This document shows positions 1-12,276 of a stretch of 64,000 nt of DNA, one piece after another (position 1 is the stretch's first letter; each line of letters starts with the position of its first letter). The translations under genes were made by a program, and so were the position numbers. Where the stretch lies: NCBI RefSeq assembly GCF_009914755.1, contig NC_060946.1. One strand, written 5' to 3'. This DNA comes from the human T2T-CHM13v2.0 reference genome, Homo sapiens. The notes under the pieces are model-generated. The model saw nothing but the letters and a program-made list of their open reading frames with translations, did no database searches and was not told the DNA's origin.

Positions 1-6
1 AGATAT

Positions 7-23
7 TCCCGTTTCCAACGAAA
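7..23 (-). promoter_or_regulatory. CENP-B box 1 (recurs in every HOR)
   Basis: TCCCGTTTCCAACGAAA is the reverse complement of TTTCGTTGGAAACGGGA, matching canonical YTTCGTTGGAARCGGGA. Confidence 0.97.
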
Positions 24-177
24 TCCTGAAATCTATCCAAATATCCCCTCGCAGATTCTACAAAAAGAGTGTTTCAAAACTGCTCTGTAAAAAGAAAGGT
101 TCAACTCTGTTAGTTGAGTACACACATCACAAACAAGTTTCACAGAATGCTTCTTTCTAGCTTGTAGGGGAAGATAT

Positions 178-194
178 TCCCTTTATCACCATGG
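178..194 (-). other. Degenerate pJalpha/A-box (A-type monomer)
   Basis: TCCCTTTATCACCATGG versus pJalpha consensus TTCCTTTTYCACCRTAG, at the position homologous to the CENP-B box. Confidence 0.7.
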
Positions 195-348
195 GCCTCC
201 AACCATCCGAAACATCCACTTCCATATACTACAAAAAGAGCGTTTCAAACCTGCTCTATGAAAGGCAATGTTCAACTCTGTGACTTGAAAGCAGACATCA
301 CAGAGCAGTTTCTGAGAATGCTTCTGTCTAGATTTTATAGGAAGATAT

Positions 349-365
349 TCCCGTTTCCAACGAAA
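349..365 (-). promoter_or_regulatory. CENP-B box 2 (recurs in every HOR)
   Basis: TCCCGTTTCCAACGAAA, canonical, 342 bp after box 1. Confidence 0.97.
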
Positions 366-519
366 TCTTCACATCTATCCAAATATCCACTTGCAGATTC
401 TTCAAAAAGAGTGTATCAAAACTGCTCTGTCAAAAGGAAGGTTCTTCTCTGTTAGGTGAGTGCATACGTCATAAAGGAGTTTCTGGGAATGTTTCTGTCT
501 AGTGGTTATGGGAAGATAT

Positions 520-536
520 TTGCTTTTTCACCGTAG
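520..536 (-). other. pJalpha/A-box-like site (A-type monomer)
   Basis: TTGCTTTTTCACCGTAG, one mismatch to TTCCTTTTYCACCRTAG. Confidence 0.8.
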
Positions 537-690
537 GCCTCAGAGCGCTCCAAATATCCACTTGCACATACTACAAAAAGAGTGCCTCAAAGCTGCTCTC
601 TGAAACGGAATGTTCAACTCTATGAGTTGAATGCAAACATCACAAAGACGTTTCTGAGAATGCTTCTGTCTAGATTTGATATGAAGAAAT

Positions 691-707
691 TCCCGTTTCC
701 AACGAAA
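691..707 (-). promoter_or_regulatory. CENP-B box 3 (recurs in every HOR)
   Basis: TCCCGTTTCCAACGAAA, canonical, 342 bp after box 2. Confidence 0.97.
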
Positions 708-861
708 TCTTCAAATCTATCCAAATGTCCACTTGCATAATCAACAAAAAGTGTTTTTCAGAACTGCTCTATCAAAAGAAAGATCCACCTCTGTTAGCTG
801 AGTTCACACATCACAAACAAGTTTATGAGAATGCTTCTGTCTAGTTTTTATTTGAAGATAT

Positions 862-878
862 TTCCTTTCTCACCATAG
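862..878 (-). other. pJalpha/A-box-like site (A-type monomer)
   Basis: TTCCTTTCTCACCATAG, one mismatch to consensus. Confidence 0.8.
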
Positions 879-1028
879 ACCTGAAAGCTGTCCTAATGTT
901 CACTTCCAGATACTACAGAAAGAGTGTTTCAAAACTGCTGTACGAAAGGGAATGTTCAACTCTGTGACTTGAATGCACACATCACAAAGAAGTTTCTGAG
1001 GATGCTGCTGTCTACTTTTTATACGTAA

Positions 1029-1045
1029 TCCCGTTTCCAACGAAA
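1029..1045 (-). promoter_or_regulatory. CENP-B box 4 (recurs in every HOR)
   Basis: TCCCGTTTCCAACGAAA, canonical, 338 bp after box 3 because the adjacent flank is 4 bp shorter. Confidence 0.97.
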
Positions 1046-1199
1046 TCCTCCAAGCTATCCAAACATCCACTTGCAGATTCCACAGAAAGACTGTTTCAAA
1101 ACTGCTCTGTCAATAGAAAGGTTCAACTCTGTTAGCTGCGTGCATATATCCCAAAGAAGATTCTGAGATTGCTTCTGTCTAGTTTTTATGGGAAGATAT

Positions 1200-1216
1200 T
1201 TCCCTTTTCACCGTAG
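1200..1216 (-). other. pJalpha/A-box-like site (A-type monomer)
   Basis: TTCCCTTTTCACCGTAG, one mismatch to consensus. Confidence 0.8.
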
Positions 1217-1364
1217 GCGTCAAGGCGCTCCAAATGTCCACTTCCAGATACTACAAAAAGAGTGTTTCAAACCTACTCTGTGAAAGGGAATATTCAACTC
1301 TGTGACTTGAATGCACATATCACAAAGAAGTTTCTGAGAATGCTTCTGTCGAGATTTTATATGA

Positions 1365-4300
1365 AGATATTCCCGTTTCCAACGAAATCCTGAAATCTAT
1401 CCAAATATCCCCTCGCAGATTCTACAAAAAGAGTGTTTCAAAACTGCTCTGTAAAAAGAAAGGTTCAACTCTGTTAGTTGAGTACACACATCACAAACAA
1501 GTTTCACAGAATGCTTCTTTCTAGCTTGTAGGGGAAGATATTCCCTTTATCACCATGGGCCTCCAACCGTCCGAAACGTCCACTTCCATATACTACAAAA
1601 AGAGCGTTTCAAACCTGCTCTAGGAAAGGCAATGTTCAACTCTGTGACTTGAATGCAGACATCACAGAGCAGTTTCTGAGAATGCTTCTGTCTAGATTTT
1701 ATAGGAAGATATTCCCGTTTCCAACGAAATCTTCACAGCTATCCAAATATCCACTTGCAGATTCTACAAAAAGAGTGTATCAAAACTGCTCTGTCAAAAG
1801 GAAGGTTCTTCTCTGTTAGGTGAGTGCATACGTCATAAAGGAGTTTCTGAGAATGTTTCTGTCTAGTGGTTATGGGAAGATATTTGCTTTTTCACCGTAG
1901 GCCTCAGAGCGCTCCAAATATCCACTTGCACATACTACAAAAAGAGTGCCTCAAAGCTGCTCTTTGAAACGGAATGTTCAACTCTATGAGTTGAATGCAA
2001 ACATCACAAAGACGTTTCTGAGAATGCTTCTGTCTAGATTTGATATGAAGATATTCCCGTTTCCAACGAAATCTTCAAATCTATCCAAATGTCCACTTGC
2101 AGATTCAACAAAAAGTGTTTTTCAGAACTGCTCTATCAAAAGAAAGATCCACCTCTGTTAGCTGAGTTCACACATCACAAACAAGTTTATGAGAATGCTT
2201 CTGTCTAGTTTTTATTTGAAGATATTTCCTTTCTCACCATAGACCTGAAAGCTGTCCTAATGTTCACTTCCAGATACTACAGAAAGAGTGTTTCAAAACT
2301 GCTGTATGAAAGGGAATGTTCAACTCTGTGACTTGAATGCACACATCACAAAGAAGTTTCTGAGGATGCTGCTGTCTACTTTTTATATGTAATCCCGTTT
2401 CCAACGAAATCCACCAAGCTATCCAAATATCCACTTGCAGATTCCACAGAAAGACTGTTTCAAAACTGCTCTGTCAATAGAAAGGTTCAACTCTGTTAGC
2501 TGCGTGCATATATCCCAAAGAAGATTCTGAGATTGCTTCTGTCTAGTTTTTATGGGAAGATATTTCCCTTTTCACCGTAGGCGTCAAGGCGCTCCAAATG
2601 TCCACTTCCAGATACTACAAAAAGAGTGTTTCAAACCTACTCTGTGAAAGGGAATATTCAACTCTGTGACTTGAATGCACATATCACAAAGAAGTTTCTG
2701 ATAATGCTTCTGTCGAGATTTTATATGAAGATATTCCCGTTTCCAACGAAATCCTGAAATCTATCCAAATATCCCCTCGCAGATTCTACAAAAAGAGTGT
2801 TTCAAAACTGCTCTGTAAAAAGAAAGGTTCAACTCTGTTAGTTGAGTACACACATCACAAACAAGTTTCACAGAATGCTTCTTTCTAGCTTGTAGGGGAA
2901 GATATTCCCTTTATCACCATGGGCCTCCAACCGTCCGAAACATCCACTTCCATATACTACAAAAAGAGCGTTTCAAACCTGCTCTATGAAAGGCAATGTT
3001 CAACTCTGTGACTTGAAAGCAGACATCACAGAGCAGTTTCTGAGAATGCTTCTGTCTAGATTTTATAGGAAGATATTCCCGTTTCCAACGAAATCTTCAC
3101 ATCTATCCAAATATCCACTTGCAGATTCTTCAAAAAGAGTGTATCAAAACTGCTCTGTCAAAAGGAAGGTTCTTCTCTGTTAGGTGAGTGCATACGTCAT
3201 AAAGGAGTTTCTGGGAATGTTTCTGTCTAGTGGTTATGGGAAGATATTTGCTTTTTCACCGTAGGCCTCAGAGCGCTCCAAATATCCACTTGCACATACT
3301 ACAAAAAGAGTGCCTCAAAGCTGCTCTCTGAAACGGAATGTTCAACTCTATGAGTTGAATGCAAACATCACAAAGACGTTTCTGAGAATGCTTCTGTCTA
3401 GATTTGATATGAAGATATTCCCGTTTCCAACGAAATCTTCAAATCTATCCAAATGTCCACTTGCATAATCAACAAAAAGTGTTTTTCAGAACTGCTCTAT
3501 CAAAAGAAAGATCCACCTCTGTTAGCTGAGTTCACACATCACAAACAAGTTTATGAGAATGCTTCTGTCTAGTTTTTATTTGAAGATATTTCCTTTCTCA
3601 CCATAGACCTGAAAGCTGTCCTAATGTTCACTTCCAGATACTACAGAAAGAGTGTTTCAAAACTGCTGTACGAAAGGGAATGTTCAACTCTGTGACTTGA
3701 ATGCACACATCACAAAGAAGTTTCTGAGGATGCTGCTGTCTACTTTTTATACGTAATCCCGTTTCCAACGAAATCCTCCAAGCTATCCAAATATCCACTT
3801 GCAGATTCCACAGAAAGACTGTTTCAAAACTGCTCTGTCAATAGAAAGGTTCAACTCTGTTAGCTGCGTGCATATATCCCAAAGAAGATTCTGAGATTGC
3901 TTCTGTCTAGTTTGTATGGGAAGATATTTCCCTTTTCACCGTAGGCGTCAAGGCGCTCCAAATGTCCACTTCCAGATACTACAAAAAGAGTGTTTCAAAC
4001 CTACTCTGTGAAAGCGAATATTCAACTCTGTGACTTGAATGCACATATCACAAAGAAGTTTCTGAGAATGCTTCTGTCGAGATTTTATATGAAGATATTC
4101 CCGTTTCCAACGAAATCCTGAAATCTATCCAAATATCCCCTCGCAGATTCTACAAAAAGAGTGTTTCAAAACTGCTCTGTAGAAAGAAAGGTTCAACTCT
4201 GTTAGTTGAGTACACACATCACAAACAAGTTTCACAGAATGCTTCTTTCTAGCTTGTAGGGGAAGATATTCCCTTTATCACCATGGTCCTCAAACCGTCC

Positions 4301-7300
4301 GAAACGTCCACTTCCATATACTACAAAAAGAGCGTTTCAAACCTGCTCTAGGAAAGGCAATGTTCAACTCTGTGACTTGAATGCAGACATCACAGGGCAG
4401 TTTCTGAGAATGCTTCTGTCTAGATTTTATAGGAAGATATTCCCGTTTCCAACGAAATCTTCACAGCTATCCAAATATCCACTTGCAGATTCTACAAAAA
4501 GAGTGTATCAAAACTGCTCTGTCAAAACGAAGGTTCTTCTCTGTTAGGTGAGTGCATACGTCATAAAGGAGTTTCTGAGAATGTTTCTGTCTAGTGGTTA
4601 TGGGAAGATATTTGCTTTTTCACCGTAGGCCTCAGAGCGCTCCAAATATCCACTTGCACATACTACAAAAAGAGTGCCTCAAAGCTGCTCTCTGAAACGG
4701 AATGTTCAACTCTATGAGTTGAATGCAAACATCACAAAGACGTTTCTGAGAATGCTTCTGTCTAGATTTGATATGAAGATATTCCCGTTTCCAACGAAAT
4801 CTTCAAATCTATCCAAATGTCCACTTGCATAATCAACAAAAAGTGTTTTTCAGAATTGCTCTATCAAAAGAAAGATCCACCTCTGTTAGCTGAGTTCACA
4901 CATCACAAACAAGTTTATGAGAATGCTTCTGTCTAGTTTTTATTTGAAGATATTTCCTTTCTCACCATAGACCTGAAAGCTGTCCTAATGTTCACTTCCA
5001 GATACTACAGAAAGAGTGTTTCAAAACTGCTGTACGAAAGGGAATGTTCAACTCTGTGACTTGAATGCACACATCACAAAGAAGTTTCTGAGGATGCTGC
5101 TGTCTACTTTTTATACGTAATCCCGTTTCCAACGAAATCCTCCAAGCTATCCAAATATCCACTTGCAGATTCCACAGAAAGACTGTTTCAAAACTGCTCT
5201 GTCAATAGAAAGGTTCAACTCTGTTAGCTGCGTGCATATATCCCAAAGAAGATTCTGAGATTGCTTCTGTCTAGTTTTTATGGGAAGATATTTCCCTTTT
5301 CACCGTAGGCGTCAAGGCGCTCCAAATGTCCACTTCCAGATACTACAAAAAGAGTGTTTCAAACCTACTCTGTGAAAGCGAATATTCAACTCTGTGACTT
5401 GAATGCACATATCACAAAGAAGTTTCTGAGAATGCTTCTGTCGAGATTTTATATGAAGATATTCCCGTTTCCAACGAAATCCTGAAATCTATCCAAATAT
5501 CCCCTCGCAGATTCTACAAAAAGAGTGTTTCAAAACTGCTCTGTAAAAAGAAAGGTTCAACTCTGTTAGTTGAGTACACACATCACAAACAAGTTTCACA
5601 GAATGCTTCTTTCTAGCTTGTAGGGGAAGATATTACCTTTATCACCATGGGCCTCCAACCGTCCGAAACGTCCACTTCCATATACTACAAAAAGAGCGTT
5701 TCAAACCTGCTCTAGGAAAGGCAATGTTCAACTCTGTGACTTGAATGCAGACATCACAGAGCAGTTTCTGAGAATGCTTCTGTCTAGATTTTATAGGAAG
5801 ATATTCCCGTTTCCAACGAAATCTTCACAGCTATCCAAATATCCACTTGCAGATTCTACAAAAAGAGTGTATCAAAACTGCTCTGTCAAAAGGAAGGTTC
5901 TTCTCTGTTAGGTGAGTGCATACGTCATAAAGGAGTTTCTGAGAATGTTTCTGTCTAGTGGTTATGGGAAGATATTTGCTTTTTCACCGTAGGCCTCAGA
6001 GCGCTCCAAATATCCACTTGCACATACTACAAAAAGAGTGCCTCAAAGCTGCTCTTTGAAACGGAATGTTCAACTCTATGAGTTGAATGCAAACATCACA
6101 AAGACGTTTCTGAGAATGCTTCTGTCTAGATTTGATATGAAGATATTCCCGTTTCCAACGAAATCTTCAAATCTATCCAAATGTCCACTTGCAGATTCAA
6201 CAAAAAGTGTTTTTCAGAACTGCTCTATCAAAAGAAAGATCCACCTCTGTTAGCTGAGTTCACACATCACAAACAAGTTTATGAGAATGCTTCTGTCTAG
6301 TTTTTATTTGAAGATATTTCCTTTCTCACCATAGACCTGAAAGCTGTCCTAATGTTCACTTCCAGATACTACAGAAAGAGTGTTTCAAAACTGCTGTATG
6401 AAAGGGAATGTTCAACTCTGTGACTTGAATGCACACATCACAAAGAAGTTTCTGAGGATGCTGCTGTCTACTTTTTATATGTAATCCCGTTTCCAACGAA
6501 ATCCTCCAAGCTATCCAAATATCCACTTGCAGATTCCACAGAAAGACTGTTTCAAAACTGCTCTGTCAATAGAAAGGTTCAACTCTGTTAGCTGCGTGCA
6601 TATATCCCAAAGAAGATTCTGAGATTGCTTCTGTCTAGTTTTTATGGGAAGATATTTCCCTTTTCACCGTAGGCGTCAAGGCGCTCCAAATGTCCACTTC
6701 CAGATACTACAAAAAGAGTGTTTCAAACCTACTCTGTGAAAGGGAATATTCAACTCTGTGACTTGAATGCACATATCACAAAGAAGTTTCTGAGAATGCT
6801 TCTGTCGAGATTTTATATGAAGATATTCCCGTTTCCAACGAAATCCTGAAATCTATCCAAATATCCCCTCGCAGATTCTACAAAAAGAGTGTTTCAAAAC
6901 TGCTCTGTAAAAAGAAAGGTTCAACTCTGTTAGTTGAGTACACACATCACAAACAAGTTTCACAGAATGCTTCTTTCTAGCTTGTAGGGGAAGATATTCC
7001 CTTTATCACCATGGGCCTCCAACCATCCGAAACATCCACTTCCATATACTACAAAAAGAGCGTTTCAAACCTGCTCTATGAAAGGCAATGTTCAACTCTG
7101 TGACTTGAAAGCAGACATCACAGAGCAGTTTCTGAGAATGCTTCTGTCTAGATTTTATAGGAAGATATTCCCGTTTCCAACGAAATCTTCACATCTATCC
7201 AAATATCCACTTGCAGATTCTTCAAAAAGAGTGTATCAAAACTGCTCTGTCAAAAGGAAGGTTCTTCTCTGTTAGGTGAGTGCATACGTCATAAAGGAGT

Positions 7301-9548
7301 TTCTGGGAATGTTTCTGTCTAGTGGTTATGGGAAGATATTTGCTTTTTCACCGTAGGCCTCAGAGCGCTCCAAATATCCACTTGCACATACTACAAAAAG
7401 AGTGCCTCAAAGCTGCTCTCTGAAACGGAATGTTCAACTCTATGAGTTGAATGCAAACATCACAAAGACGTTTCTGAGAATGCTTCTGTCTAGATTTGAT
7501 ATGAAGATATTCCCGTTTCCAACGAAATCTTCAAATCTATCCAAATGTCCACTTGCATAATCAACAAAAAGTGTTTTTCAGAACTGCTCTATCAAAAGAA
7601 AGATCCACCTCTGTTAGCTGAGTTCACACATCACAAACAAGTTTATGAGAATGCTTCTGTCTAGTTTTTATTTGAAGATATTTCCTTTCTCACCATAGAC
7701 CTGAAAGCTGTCCTAATGTTCACTTCCAGATACTACAGAAAGAGTGTTTCAAAACTGCTGTACGAAAGGGAATGTTCAACTCTGTGACTTGAATGCACAC
7801 ATCACAAAGAAGTTTCTGAGGACGCTGCTGTCTACTTTTTATACGTAATCCCGTTTCCAACGAAATCCTCCAAGCTATCCAAATATCCACTTGCAGATTC
7901 CACAGAAAGACTGTTTCAAAACTGCTCTGTCAATAGAAAGGTTCAACTCTGTTAGCTGCGTGCATATATCCCAAAGAAGATTCTGAGATTGCTTCTGTCT
8001 AGTTTTTATGGGAAGATATTTCCCTTTTCACCGTGGGCGTCAAGGCGCTCCAAATGTCCACTTCCAGATACTACAAAAAGAGTGTTTCAAACCTACTCTG
8101 TGAAAGCGAATATTCAACTCTGTGACTTGAATGCACATATCACAAAGAAGTTTCTGAGAATGCTTCTGTCGAGATTTTATATGAAGATATTCCCGTTTCC
8201 AACGAAATCCTGAAATCTATCCAAATATCCCCTCGCAGATTCTACAAAAAGAGTGTTTCAAAACTGCTCTGTAAAAAGAAAGGTTCAACTCTGTTAGTTG
8301 AGTACACACATCACAAACAAGTTTCACAGAATGCTTCTTTCTAGCTTGTAGGGGAAGATATTCCCTTTATCACCATGGTCCTCAAACCGTCCGAAACGTC
8401 CACTTCCATATACTACAAAAAGAGCGTTTCAAACCTGCTCTAGGAAAGGCAATGTTCAACTCTGTGACTTGAATGCAGACATCACAGAGCAGTTTCTGAG
8501 AATGCTTCTGTCTAGATTTTATAGGAAGATATTCCCGTTTCCAACGAAATCTTCACAGCTATCCAAATATCCACTTGCAGATTCTACAAAAAGAGTGTAT
8601 CAAAACTGCTCTGTCAAAAGGAAGGTTCTTCTCTGTTAGGTGAGTGCATACGTCATAAAGGAGTTTCTGAGAATGTTTCTGTCTAGTGGTTATGGGAAGA
8701 TATTTGCTTTTTCACCGTAGGCCTCAGAGCGCTCCAAATATCCACTTGCACATACTACAAAAAGAGTGCCTCAAAGCTGCTCTCTGAAACGGAATGTTCA
8801 ACTCTATGAGTTGAATGCAAACATCACAAAGACGTTTCTGAGAATGCTTCTGTCTAGATTTGATATGAAGATATTCCCGTTTCCAACGAAATCTTCAAAT
8901 CTATCCAAATGTCCACTTGCATAATCAACAAAAAGTGTTTTTCAGAATTGCTCTATCAAAAGAAAGATCCACCTCTGTTAGCTGAGTTCACACATCACAA
9001 ACAAGTTTATGAGAATGCTTCTGTCTAGTTTTTATTTGAAGATATTTCCTTTCTCACCATAGACCTGAAAGCTGTCCTAATGTTCACTTCCAGATACTAC
9101 AGAAAGAGTGTTTCAAAACTGCTGTACGAAAGGGAATGTTCAACTCTGTGACTTGAATGCACACATCACAAAGAAGTTTCTGAGGATGCTGCTGTCTACT
9201 TTTTATACGTAATCCCGTTTCCAACGAAATCCTCCAAGCTATCCAAACATCCACTTGCAGATTCCACAGAAAGACTGTTTCAAAACTGCTCTGTCAATAG
9301 AAAGGTTCAACTCTGTTAGCTGCGTGCATATATCCCAAAGAAGATTCTGAGATTGCTTCTGTCTAGTTTTTATGGGAAGATATTTCCCTTTTCACCGTAG
9401 GCGTCAAGGCGCTCCAAATGTCCACTTCCAGATACTACAAAAAGAGTGTTTCAAACCTACTCTGTGAAAGCGAATATTCAACTCTGTGACTTGAATGCAC
9501 ATATCACAAAGAAGTTTCTGAGAATGCTTCTGTCGAGATTTTATATGA
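1365..9548. repeat. Probable tandem duplication of a 3-HOR block (H2-H4 / H5-H7, period 4092 bp)
   Basis: Shared variants at +4092: CAGAATTG (about 4856/8948); ACATCT..TTCTTCA and CTGGGAAT in H3/H6; CTTTGAAAC plus TGTATGAA in H2/H5. Confidence 0.7.
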
Positions 9549-12276
9549 AGATATTCCCGTTTCCAACGAAATCCTGAAATCTATCCAAATATCCCCTCGC
9601 AGATTCTACAAAAAGAGTGTTTCAAAACTGCTCTGTAAAAAGAAAGGTTCAACTCTGTTAGTTGAGTACACACATCACAAACAAGTTTCACAGAATGCTT
9701 CTTTCTAGCTTGTAGGGGAAGATATTCCCTTTATCACCATGGTCCTCAAACCGTCCGGAACGTCCACTTCCATATACTACAAAAAGAGCGTTTCAAACCT
9801 GCTCTAGGAAAGGCAATGTTCAACTCTGTGACTTGAATGCAGACATCACAGAACAGTTTCTGAGAATGCTTCTGTCTAGATTTTATAGGAAGATATTCCC
9901 GTTTCCAACGAAATCTTCACAGCTATCCAAATATCCACTTGCAGATTCTACAAAAAGAGTGTATCAAAACTGCTCTGTCAAAAGGAAGGTTCTTCTCTGT
10001 TAGGTGAGTGCATACGTCATAAAGGAGTTTCTGAGAATGTTTCTGTCTAGTGGTTATGGGAAGATATTTGCTTTTTCACCGTAGGCCTCAGAGCGCTCCA
10101 AATATCCACTTGCACATACTACAAAAAGAGTGCCTCAAAGCTGCTCTCTGAAACGGAATGTTCAACTCTATGAGTTGAATGCAAACATCACAAAGACGTT
10201 TCTGAGAATGCTTCTGTCTAGATTTGATATGAAGATATTCCCGTTTCCAACGAAATCTTCAAATCTATCCAAATGTCCACTTGCATAATCAACAAAAAGT
10301 GTTTTTCAGAACTGCTCTATCAAAAGAAAGATCCACCTCTGTTAGCTGAGTTCACACATCACAAACAAGTTTATGAGAATGCTTCTGTCTAATTTTTATT
10401 TGAAGATATTCCCTTTCTCACCATAGACCTGAAAGCTGTCCTAATGTTCACTTCCAGATACTACAGAAAGAGTGTTTCAAAACTGCTGTACGAAAGGGAA
10501 TGTTCAACTCTGTGACTTGAATGCACACATCACAAGGAAGTTTCTGAGGATGCTGCTGTCTACTTTTTATACGTAATCCCGTTTCCAACGAAATCCTCCA
10601 AGCTATCCAAATATCCACTTGCAGATTCCACAGAAAGACTGTTTCAAAACTGCTCTGTCAATAGAAAGGTTCAACTCTGTTAGCTGCGTGCATATATCCC
10701 AAAGAAGATTCTGAGATTGCTTCTGTCTAGTTTTTATGGGAAGATATTTCCCTTTTCACCGTAGGCGTCAAGGCGCTCCAAATGTCCACTTCCAGATACT
10801 ACAAAAAGAGTGTTTCAAACCTACTCTGTGAAAGGGAATATTCAACTCTGTGACTTGAATGCACATATCACAAAGAAGTTTCTGAGAATGCTTCTGTCGA
10901 GATTTTATATGAAGATATTCCCGTTTCCAACGAAATCCTGAAATCTATCCAAATATCCCCTCGCAGATTCTACAAAAAGATTGTTTCAAAACTGCTCTGT
11001 AAAAAGAAAGGTTCAACTCTGTTACTTGAGTACACACATCACAAACAAGTTTCACAGAATGCTTCTTTCTAGCTTGTAGGGGAAGATATTCCCTTTATCA
11101 CCATGGTCCTCAAACCGTCCGAAACGTCCACTTCCATATACTACAAAAAGAGCGTTTCAAACCTGCTCTAGGAAAGGCAATGTTCAACTCTGTGACTTGA
11201 ATGCAGACATCACAGAGCAGTTTCTGAGAATGCTTCTGTCTAGATTTTATAGGAAGATATTCCCGTTTCCAACGAAATCTTCACAGCTATCCAAATATCC
11301 ACTTGCAGATTCTACAAAAAGAGTGTATCAAAACTGCTCTGTCAAAAGGAAGGTTCTTCTCTGTTAGGTGAGTGCATACGTCATAAAGGAGTTTCTGAGA
11401 ATGTTTCTGTCTAGTGGTTATGGGAAGATATTTGCTTTTTCACCGTAGGCCTCAGAGCGCTCCAAATATCCACTTGCACATACTACAAAAAGAGTGCCTC
11501 AAAGCTGCTCTCTGAAACGGAATGTTCAACTCTATGAGTTGAATGCAAACATCACAAAGACGTTTCTGAGAATGCTTCTGTCTAGATTTGATATGAAGAT
11601 ATTCCCGTTTCCAACGAAATCTTCAAATCTATCCAAATGTCCACTTGCATAATCAACAAAAAGTGTTTTTCAGAACTGCTCTATCAAAAGAAAGATCCAC
11701 CTCTGTTAGCTGAGTTCACACATCACAAACAAGTTTATGAGAATGCTTCTGTCTAGTTTTTATTTGAAGATATTTTCTTTCTCACCATAGACCTGAAAGC
11801 TGTCCTAATGTTCACTTCCAGATACTACAGAAAGAGTGTTTCAAAACTGCTGTACGAAAGGGAATGTTCAACTCTGTGACTTGAATGCACACATCACAAA
11901 GAAGTTTCTGAGGATGCTGCTGTCTACTTTTTATACGTAATCCCGTTTCCAACGAAATCCTCCAAGCTATCCAAATATCCACTTGCAGATTCCACAGAAA
12001 GACTGTTTCAAAACTGCTCTGTCAATAGAAATGTTCAACTCTGTTAGCTGCGTGCATATATCCCAAAGAAGATTCTGAGATTGCTTCTGTCTAGTTTTTA
12101 TGGGAAGATATTTCCCTTTTCACCGTAGGCGTCAAGGCGCTCCAAATGTCCACTTCCAGATACTACAAAAAGAGTGTTTCAAACCTACTCTGTTAAAGCG
12201 AATATTCAACTCTGTGACTTTAATGCACATATCACAAAGAAGTTTCTGAGAATGCTTCTGTCGAGATTTTATATGA

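Larger units (their letters stand above)
1..1364 (-). repeat. Representative HOR unit H1 (8 monomers)
   Basis: Box positions at 7, 178, 349, 520, 691, 862, 1029, 1200, then 1371 give spacings of 171,171,171,171,171,167,171,171 = 1364. XbaI TCTAGA at 327-332 and 669-674; TaqI TCGA at 1349-1352. Confidence 0.97.

Noticed and set aside
1-1364. Assignment to chr18 D18Z1 (1.36-kb EcoRI unit) or a definite choice between chr14 and chr22
   Set aside because: I saw no periodic EcoRI site, and the XbaI/TaqI pattern fits alphaXT 14/22 better. Chr14 and chr22 share this HOR and cannot be separated without alignment.
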